Source of the DNA: Chthoniobacteraceae bacterium | GTDB taxonomy: Bacteria > Verrucomicrobiota > Verrucomicrobiia > Chthoniobacterales > Chthoniobacteraceae | Length of the DNA: 19,852 bases | Reading direction: 5' to 3' | NCBI GenBank assembly: GCA_031409655.1 | Contig: JANNXQ010000296.1 | Coordinates: 1-19,852, forward strand | Part shown: in pieces, positions 8,160 through 15,132 of the stretch | Position numbering within the stretch: the first letter of the stretch is position 1 | Layout: each line of letters opens with the position of its first letter | Notes under the pieces: generated by a model | The model's database searches: none | The model's input: the letters and a program-made list of their open reading frames with translations, nothing else | Told to the model about the DNA's origin: nothing | Translations under genes and position numbers: made by a program

Positions 8160-9793
8160 CCGAGGGCTTGATCCACGTCGGCGCAGAAGTGGTCGAGGCC
8201 GATGCGGTCGGCGAAGCCGGAGCGATGGAGCATTTTCATCGGCTGCGGCTGGATGGCGGTGATGAGCACGGTGATGCCGTCGCGGTGCATTTTCTCCCAT
8301 GCGACCTCGAAGGCTTTCAGGCCCGTGACATCCATCATCGGCACATGGCGCATCCGCAGGACGATGATTCGCGGCTTTCCACCGCTGGCGCGCAGGGCAG
8401 CTTCGAGTTTCTTGGCGGCGGCGAAAAAGAGTGGGCCGTCGAAGCGGAAGAGGACGACGCCGGCGGGCACGTCTTTGCCACGGACGGTATTGCCGCCGGT
8501 GTGCTCGGTGTCGTTGTCCGAGGTGAGCCGCCGGACCTGCGTGAGGCTCTCCATGCGGCGCAGGAAAAGCACGGCGGCCATGACCAGTCCCGCGCCCACG
8601 CCCACGGTGAGGTCGAACACGACGGTGAGCGCAAAGGCCGCGAGCAGTACCGCGAAGTCCGTGCGTGAGACGCGCCAGACTTCGCCGAAGGTATCCCACT
8701 CCGCCATGCGAAACGCGACAGACATGAGGATCGCTGAAAGCGCGCTCAGTGGGATGAGCCGGGCCAGCGGTGCCGCGGCGAGGACGAAGACGAGCAGCAC
8801 GAGTGCGTGAATCGCGCCGGCCACTGGGGTGCGCGCGCCGCTGCGGATATTCGCCGCGGTGCGGGCGATGGCACCGGTGACCGCAAAGCCGCCGACGAGC
8901 GGCACGCAGAGATTCGCGAGGCCCTGGCCGATGAGTTCCTGATTCGAATCGTGGCGGGAGTCGGTGAGGCCGTCGGCCACGGTCGCGGAGAGCAGGCTCT
9001 CGATGCCGCCGAGCGCCGCGATGGTGAAGGCCGGACCCATGAGGTCGCGCAGCAAATCCAGCGAGACGTGCGGCAGGTGGAATCCCGGAAAGCCGGAGGG
9101 AATGCCGCCGAACTTGGAGCCGATCGTCGCGACCGGCCAGTGCAGCCAATGCACCAGCGCCGTGGCCAGCAGCACCACCAGGAGTGAGGCCGGCACGCGC
9201 CGCGACACGCGCGGCCAGAGCACCATCATCGCCAGCGAGAGCGCGCCGATGGCCGGAGTGTGCCAGTCGGTTTCGCGCAGGTGCCGCGCGATTTCCGCCA
9301 GGAGCGCGGGCGCGTGTTCCGGCACTTTGAATTGCAGTCCGAGAAAGGCCGGCACTTGTCCGAGAAAGATGATGACCGCAATCCCCGTGGTGAATCCGGC
9401 GATGACCGGATAGGGCACGTACTTGAGCAGCGCCCCGAGCCGCAGCGCACCCATGAGCACGAGCATCGCCCCAGCCATCATCGTCGCCAGCGCGAGGCCC
9501 GCGTAGCCGTGCCCATGGACCACCGCCGCCAGCACCGGGACGAAAGCCCCCGTCGGCCCACCCACTTGAAATCGCGAGCCGCCCAGCAGCGAAATGAGCA
9601 GGCCGCCGACAATCGCGGCCCAGATCCCTTGCCCCGGCTCCACCCCCGAAGCGATGGCAAACCCAATCGCCAGCGGCAGCGCGATGATGCCCACGGTCAG
9701 CCCCGCGCCGATGTCGCCACCGAGATCCTCGCGCTGATAGTCCCGCAACGACCGCAAGAATTCAGGCGCAAAGAAAGGAGCGTTTGCAGACAT
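8132..9793 (-). CDS. SulP/SLC26-family anion transporter with STAS domain
   Basis: GLTVGIIALPLAIGFAIASG, GGPTGAF, ESLLSA, DSNQELIGQGLAN, GAIARTAANIRSGARTP, and STAS FRFDGPLFFAAA...MDVTG. Confidence 0.92.
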   Translation of the reverse strand: MSANAPFFAPEFLRSLRDYQREDLGGDIGAGLTVGIIALPLAIGFAIASGVEPGQGIWAAIVGGLLISLLGGSRFQVGGPTGAFVPVLAAVVHGHGYAGLALATMMAGAMLVLMGALRLGALLKYVPYPVIAGFTTGIAVIIFLGQVPAFLGLQFKVPEHAPALLAEIARHLRETDWHTPAIGALSLAMMVLWPRVSRRVPASLLVVLLATALVHWLHWPVATIGSKFGGIPSGFPGFHLPHVSLDLLRDLMGPAFTIAALGGIESLLSATVADGLTDSRHDSNQELIGQGLANLCVPLVGGFAVTGAIARTAANIRSGARTPVAGAIHALVLLVFVLAAAPLARLIPLSALSAILMSVAFRMAEWDTFGEVWRVSRTDFAVLLAAFALTVVFDLTVGVGAGLVMAAVLFLRRMESLTQVRRLTSDNDTEHTGGNTVRGKDVPAGVVLFRFDGPLFFAAAKKLEAALRASGGKPRIIVLRMRHVPMMDVTGLKAFEVAWEKMHRDGITVLITAIQPQPMKMLHRSGFADRIGLDHFCADVDQALGHARRLLAA

Positions 9794-9890
9794 GAGGCAG
9801 CGAAGATGACGGCTCGTGCCACGGCGGGCAATCGCAGCGACGAAATGTACGGATCGGCGCGGCCAGCGGCACGCGCGCCGGCGCGCCTCC

Positions 9891-9905
9891 TATCTTCGCT
9901 GTCAT
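9891..9905 (+). promoter_or_regulatory. Shared motif TATCT-N5-GTCAT upstream of the multiheme cytochrome
   Basis: cc-tatct-tcgct-gtcat-tggcgc, with a -10-like cacgct at 9929-9934. Confidence 0.6.
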
Positions 9906-9960
9906 TGGCGCTCCCGTAGGCGCGTGGCCACGCTCCATCGCGACAAATCTCCCGATGGCC

Positions 9961-12252
9961 ATGAAAACATCATTCCCGCTCCTTTGCCGGACGCTTCTCG
10001 TCAGTTTCATCACTCTGCTCGCCGCCGGCTCGCGCCACTGGGCGCAGGCCGGCAACGGACAATGGACGATCATCGGCTGGAACAATCTCGGGATGCATTG
10101 CATGGACGACGACTACTCGGTGCTGTCGATTTTGCCGCCATTCAACACCGTCGATGCCCAAGTCATCGACGCCGCCGGCAAGCTCGTGAAAATTGGCGCG
10201 GGGGTCACGGTGATGTTCGAGGCGGTGGCTGATCCCGATGGGTCGATCAATCGCACGGCCATCGGGAAATCGAACTTCTGGGACTACGTGCTTCCGAGCT
10301 ATGGCGCCGCGCTCGCGCCGGATGCGGGTCTCTTCGGGACGCACCTGCCGGGCGCGGCGAATACTCCGCAGCCGATGCTCTTCAGCGGCGCTTTCAATTG
10401 GTTCGAGGCGCTCGGCATTCCCATCGCGCCGATCGACGACGCGGGGCACGGCAATCCTTATCCGCTGATGCGTCTCACGGCGAGAAACGCGGCGGGCGCG
10501 GTGCTGGCGACGACCGATGTCGTGCTGCCGGTCTCGGGGGAAATGAATTGCCGCGCGTGCCACAGCTCGGGCGCGGGTCCTGCGGCGATGCCGGGTGCGG
10601 GCTGGGTGAATGATCCACACCAGTCCCGCGATTACCGGCTCAATGTGCTGCGGCTGCACGATGAGAAGCAGCTCGCGAATCCGGTCTTCCAAACGGCGCT
10701 CGCGGCGAATGGATTTCGCCCCGACGGGCTCTACGCCACCGCCACCATCGGCGGACGGCCGATCCTTTGCGCGATCTGCCACGCCTCCGAGGCCCTCGGC
10801 ACCGCCGGCGCGCCCGGCACTCCGGCGCTGACGCGTGCGATGCACGCAAAACATGCCGGCGTCGTGAATCCCGAGAATGGACTGGCCCTCAATAACATCG
10901 CCAACCGCAGCGCGTGTTACACCTGTCACCCTGGCTCGACCACGCGCTGCCTGCGTGGAGCGATGGGCGCGGCGGTGGCGAGCGACGGCAGTGCGTCGAT
11001 GCAATGCCAGAGCTGTCACGGCACGATGAGCCAGGTGGGCGCGGCGGATCGCATCGGCTGGCTCGACGAGCCGCAGTGCGGGAATTGCCACACCGGCACC
11101 GCGACGCAGAACAACGGCCTCGTCCGCTATCTCACCGTCTTCGACTCGAATGGCCAGCGCCGTCAGCCGGTGAACACGACCTTCGCCACCAATGCCGACA
11201 CGCTCGCGCCGGGTCTCTCGTTGTATCGCTTTTCCAAAGGCCACGGTGGCCTGCAATGCAGTGCGTGCCACGGTTCGACGCACGCCGAGTTCCCTGCCAC
11301 CCATCGCAACGACAACCTCCAGAGCGTGCAACTCCAGGGCCATGCGGGGGTGCTCACCGATTGCCTCACCTGCCACGCCACGATGCCGAATACGACGACC
11401 GGTGGCCCGCACGGGATGCATTCGATCAGCGAAAATTGGGTGGACGATCATGCGGATCGCGCGCGCGCCGTCGGGCTCGCGGTGTGCCAGAGCTGCCACG
11501 GCACGGACTATCGCGGCACCGTGCTGTCGCGCGCCCAGGGCGATCGTTCCTTTACGACGAAGTCGGAATACGGCACGCCGAAGCGCTTTTGGCGCGGACA
11601 GGAGATCGGCTGTTACGAGTGCCACCAAGGCGTAAACAGCAGCAACCCGAGCACGCGGACTCGACCGGTCGTCAGCAACGCCACGCTCGCCGTCGCCGAA
11701 GGTGTACCCACACCGCTCACGCTCAGCGCCACCGGCACAGGCCCGGTCCGGATCGTGGCGCAGCCCGCGCACGGGGCCGTCGCCCTCGCCGGCCGCATCG
11801 CCACTTATATCCCGGAGCCAGGTTTCGCGGGGCCGGACCTCTTTACCTATGCCGCCAGCGACACCGGCGGCTACGTGGACTCCACCAGCGTCGGTGTCGT
11901 CTCCGTGACTGTCGGCAGTGCCGGCGAAATGCTCACGCGCGACCGGGACGGCGACGGCCTCGGCGACTTTCTGGAATACGCACTCGGCCTGCTGCCCGAC
12001 TTCCCCTCCACCAGCGGTGCCAGCGCGCCACGGCTCGAAAACTTCGGCGGGGCCAACTACCTCACCCTCGACATCGCGCGCTTCCTCCCGCCACCGGATG
12101 TCACCGTCGCGATCGAAGTCTCGGGCAATCTAACGACTTGGTCGCCCGCGATCGTACTCACCAACACCGGCACTGCGCTCAAAGCCCGCGATCCCGTTCC
12201 CGCGGCGAGCGCAGCACGACGTTTCATCCGCGTGAAGTCCACCCGTCCATGA
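9961..12252 (+). CDS. Secreted multiheme cytochrome c (9 CxxCH) with an Ig-like domain and a PVC-type C-terminal domain
   Basis: Signal peptide; N-terminal WNNLGMHCMDDDYS. Heme motifs CRACH, CAICH, CYTCH, CQSCH, CGNCH, CSACH, CLTCH, CQSCH, CYECH. Big_9/cadherin-like QPAHGAV...TYIPEPGFAGPDLFTYAASD. Tail DRDGDGLGDFLEYALG...EVSGNLTTW...RRFIRVK. Start could be 9955 or 9961. Confidence 0.88.
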   Translation: MKTSFPLLCRTLLVSFITLLAAGSRHWAQAGNGQWTIIGWNNLGMHCMDDDYSVLSILPPFNTVDAQVIDAAGKLVKIGAGVTVMFEAVADPDGSINRTAIGKSNFWDYVLPSYGAALAPDAGLFGTHLPGAANTPQPMLFSGAFNWFEALGIPIAPIDDAGHGNPYPLMRLTARNAAGAVLATTDVVLPVSGEMNCRACHSSGAGPAAMPGAGWVNDPHQSRDYRLNVLRLHDEKQLANPVFQTALAANGFRPDGLYATATIGGRPILCAICHASEALGTAGAPGTPALTRAMHAKHAGVVNPENGLALNNIANRSACYTCHPGSTTRCLRGAMGAAVASDGSASMQCQSCHGTMSQVGAADRIGWLDEPQCGNCHTGTATQNNGLVRYLTVFDSNGQRRQPVNTTFATNADTLAPGLSLYRFSKGHGGLQCSACHGSTHAEFPATHRNDNLQSVQLQGHAGVLTDCLTCHATMPNTTTGGPHGMHSISENWVDDHADRARAVGLAVCQSCHGTDYRGTVLSRAQGDRSFTTKSEYGTPKRFWRGQEIGCYECHQGVNSSNPSTRTRPVVSNATLAVAEGVPTPLTLSATGTGPVRIVAQPAHGAVALAGRIATYIPEPGFAGPDLFTYAASDTGGYVDSTSVGVVSVTVGSAGEMLTRDRDGDGLGDFLEYALGLLPDFPSTSGASAPRLENFGGANYLTLDIARFLPPPDVTVAIEVSGNLTTWSPAIVLTNTGTALKARDPVPAASAARRFIRVKSTRP

Positions 12253-12347
12253 GCGAAGCAGAGCTGTCGTGCGACGAACGTTTCCGGTTCGACGGCGCGA
12301 TGGGTCTGCACCGATATGCGAAGAGCCTGTCGGTCGGCTCGCTTACC

Positions 12348-12362
12348 TATCTTCATCGTCAC
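12348..12362 (+). promoter_or_regulatory. Shared motif TATCT-N5-GTCAC upstream of the secreted Ig protein
   Basis: cc-tatct-tcatc-gtcac-tggcgc, nearly the same flanks as the 9891 copy. A -10-like caagat at 12385-12390 sits at the same spacing as in the 6037 copy. Confidence 0.6.
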
Positions 12363-12415
12363 TGGCGCCCCCATTGCGTCCGCACAAGATCAAGCGCAAC
12401 CACTCGCCGATACCC

Positions 12416-14137
12416 ATGAACATCCGCCCCATTACTCTCATCGTCCTGCTCGCTCTGACCCACGGAAGCGCTCAAGCCAGCACCGCCTACGGCACGATCA
12501 ATAACTTCGACACCGTGAATGACACCGGCTCGCGGTGCCACGGCTTTGAGATCGAGATCGAAGACCTCCACAGCCGCGATGTGACTTACACATACGATTG
12601 GAATCACTACGGCAAGCCGGAGATCACCGAGGATAACTCTGTGCCCGCGCATCCCAAGGTGCGCATCCGCTACGCTAGCCGGAAAAATGCGGATGGCTCC
12701 TGGGCGGCGTTCACCGCGGTCCCGAGCGCGCCGATTCAACCCACCAATGGGCACCAATTCACCAACCCATCGGTGAATTTCGGCGGTGAGCACTTTGGCA
12801 TCGGTTACTACGGCGCTCCGACGGTCGTTCGGTACCACTGGCTCGTCGATGATGGCGCGGGGAATCTCGTGCAAGGGCCACCGGTGCAAGTGGCAACGCC
12901 CACTTTCACTTACTATGCGCCGGCGGCGGGCGCGCCGGCCGCGGTGCAGGCGGTCATCGAACCGCCGGAGCCGCCCGAGGTGCAGGTGCTCGAATTCGGT
13001 CCGGCGGTGTGGGTGAAGGAGATTCGCACCGAGACGCACAATGACCGCGAGGTGAAGCTCCGCGATTTGGTCTCGGACGATCCCGCCGAACCCCCGCTGC
13101 GCGACTGGCGCAATGGCGAACCGGATGAAGTGGAAGTGGAGTGGCAGCTCCTCCAGGAGGACTTCAATGCCGGGGACGGCGGCGCGAATGGCGAGCTGGT
13201 GGCGGCGCCCGAGGATCTGCCGGATGGCGACGAGGTGATCACACGCCGGTACGAGTTTTATGCTTACACCGGTCCCATCGACGAGGAGACCGGCGAAGCC
13301 ATCGCGGATAACGTGGCGCCGGATGACGTGCATGGTGTCGGCATCAAGTCGGCCAACGGCATCGACTACGACCTCTCGACGATCGAAGTCGTCGGCGTCT
13401 ATCTCGGCGCGCAAATGTCGGCCTTCGATGCGGATGCCTCGGTGGGGCTCACCGAGCATGTGCAGGACGGGGAAGTGGATGCGCCTTATGCCGAGCGGCG
13501 CGTGGTCATCGGTGGGCAGGTGCCTTTTTCCGCCAACGCCACCGGCGCACTTCCGGCTGGCATGAGCTTTGACACGGTGACTGGTCTTCTTGCCGGCACG
13601 CCGACCGAGCCCGGGGTCTTCGCCTTCACCGTGAATGCGAGCGACGCCGCCACGCCGCTCATCACGAAGAACTACACCTTCACCGTCTCCGCTGCCGCCG
13701 CTCCGCTGCCGCCGCAGAGCACGGTGGACACCGTTACCGCGCCTCCCGGCAGCGGCGCGACCGCCGGCGATGGCCCGTACGAAAATGGCACCGGCATCAC
13801 GGTGGTCGCGTCGCCCGCGGTTGGGATGCGCTTCTCGCACTGGAGCGACAATGGTGCGGTGGTCAGCTACGCCGCGACTTTCGATTTCGACACCGACGTG
13901 AACCGCGCGCTGGTCGCGCACTTCGAGCCCGTCCACACCCTCACTGCGCCGGCGCCGGGCACCCTGCGCTTCGAGTGGCCGGTGAGCGCGGCGGGCTGGG
14001 TGCTCCAGGAAAGTGCGACGCTCGGCGAGCCATCGTGGACTGACTCCACACGCCCCATCACGACGGTCGGCGTCCAGAAGCGCGTGACGATTCCGAACCC
14101 GGCCGGCGTCCGCTTCTTCCGCTTGCAGCATCCGTAG
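12416..14137 (+). CDS. Secreted acidic protein with a putative Ig domain, an InlB-B/bacterial repeat and a PVC-type C-terminal domain
   Basis: Signal peptide MNIRPITLIVLLALTHGSAQA. He_PIG-like GALPAGMSFDTVTGLLAGTPTEPGVFAFTVNASD; repeat GATAGDGPYENGTGITVVASPAVGMRFSHWSD...LVAHF; tail FEWP...WVLQESATL...W...FFRL. Confidence 0.75.
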   Translation: MNIRPITLIVLLALTHGSAQASTAYGTINNFDTVNDTGSRCHGFEIEIEDLHSRDVTYTYDWNHYGKPEITEDNSVPAHPKVRIRYASRKNADGSWAAFTAVPSAPIQPTNGHQFTNPSVNFGGEHFGIGYYGAPTVVRYHWLVDDGAGNLVQGPPVQVATPTFTYYAPAAGAPAAVQAVIEPPEPPEVQVLEFGPAVWVKEIRTETHNDREVKLRDLVSDDPAEPPLRDWRNGEPDEVEVEWQLLQEDFNAGDGGANGELVAAPEDLPDGDEVITRRYEFYAYTGPIDEETGEAIADNVAPDDVHGVGIKSANGIDYDLSTIEVVGVYLGAQMSAFDADASVGLTEHVQDGEVDAPYAERRVVIGGQVPFSANATGALPAGMSFDTVTGLLAGTPTEPGVFAFTVNASDAATPLITKNYTFTVSAAAAPLPPQSTVDTVTAPPGSGATAGDGPYENGTGITVVASPAVGMRFSHWSDNGAVVSYAATFDFDTDVNRALVAHFEPVHTLTAPAPGTLRFEWPVSAAGWVLQESATLGEPSWTDSTRPITTVGVQKRVTIPNPAGVRFFRLQHP

Positions 14138-14225
14138 CGAATGTCCCGGCGGTGGTGCCGGCGATGAGGGCGGATCACGCAGCCGCGCCTCCAAGCCCCA
14201 AAGCCAGCCGCCGGGCTTCTGCGCC

Positions 14226-14254
14226 GTGACATCGCGCGGCGCGCCACTCATTCT
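14226..14254 (+). promoter_or_regulatory. Putative sigma70-type promoter of the second response regulator
   Basis: GTGACA-17 nt-CATTCT, ending 14 nt before ATG 14269. Confidence 0.45.
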
Positions 14255-14268
14255 TTCCGCCCCCCTCC

Positions 14269-14946
14269 ATGCGTGTCCTCATCGCCGATGCCGATCCCGC
14301 TTTCGCCGCCGCGGCGCGGGCGGCCTTGCGCAGCGAAGCGCTCGTGGTGGAGGTCGTCGCTGACGCTGGAGCCGCCCTCGAGCGCGCGGCGGAGTCGCCG
14401 TACGCGGTGGTGGTGCTCGATCTCGGGTTACCCGGCGGGCGCGGCGTCGAGCTGCTCGCGCGGCTGCGGCGACGGCGCGTGGTTTCCCCGATCCTCGCGC
14501 TCACCACGGACAGAAAACCCGAGGCCCGCATCGCCGCGCTGCGCCTCGGCGCGGACGATTGCCTCGTGCGACCCGTGCTCCTGGCGGAGCTGGTGGCGCG
14601 CGTCCATGCGCTGGCCCGGCGCGCGGGGCGCCAGTCCGGCGATTGCCTCGAAGTCGAAGACCTCGTGCTGCATTGCGCGCAGCGGCGCGCCTTCCGCGCG
14701 GGCGAGGCGCTGCCGCTCACCGATCGCGAATTCGTCGCGCTCGAGCATCTCGTCCGCGCGCACGGCCAGCCCGTTCCCTCCGCCGATCTGCTCGCTGCGC
14801 TGTGGCATGGCCGGCGCGCCCCACAGGATAATTTCATCGCCGTGCTGATGATGCGGCTGCGCAGGAAAGTGGACGGCGGCCACGCGATGAAGCTCGTCCA
14901 CACGCGCCGCGGCGCGGGCTACGTGGTGGCGGCAGCGCAGTCGTAG
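14269..14946 (+). CDS. Atypical OmpR-family response regulator (no adjacent kinase)
   Basis: Receiver MRVLIADAD...VLDLGLP...GADDCLVRP and winged helix LTDREF...LRRKVD...VHTRRGAGY. Confidence 0.85.
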   Translation: MRVLIADADPAFAAAARAALRSEALVVEVVADAGAALERAAESPYAVVVLDLGLPGGRGVELLARLRRRRVVSPILALTTDRKPEARIAALRLGADDCLVRPVLLAELVARVHALARRAGRQSGDCLEVEDLVLHCAQRRAFRAGEALPLTDREFVALEHLVRAHGQPVPSADLLAALWHGRRAPQDNFIAVLMMRLRRKVDGGHAMKLVHTRRGAGYVVAAAQS

Positions 14947-14959
14947 AGCCGGGGCAAAG

Positions 14960-14974
14960 TATCTGCACTGTCAT
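14960..14974 (+). promoter_or_regulatory. Shared motif TATCT-N5-GTCAT upstream of the Kelch/Ig/FN3 gene
   Basis: tatct-gcact-gtcat. No clear -10 at the spacing seen in the other copies. Confidence 0.5.
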
Positions 14975-15132
14975 CTCGCGGTGATGGCTTTCGGACCGGA
15001 TGCGGGGGAGGATTTTTTCTCGCCTGTTCCCCCTCCTGCCAAAACCCGGGCGGCAACCACTCGCGTCCTATGAAAACGTCCCGAGCCCTTCCGCTCCTCG
15101 CGGCTCTCAAAACGACCAACGCACCGCGTCCC

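Noticed and set aside
6738..9149. 803-aa minus-strand ORF and other long alternative-frame ORFs (9970..11772, 10914..12419, 12359..14251, 15973..17307)
   Set aside because: Typical high-GC shadow ORFs overlapping well-supported genes, with no recognisable motifs.
14215..14231. Possible fifth copy of the shared motif before the second regulator (cttct-gcgcc-gtgac)
   Set aside because: It mismatches both half-sites and is better explained as a -35 element (GTGACA).
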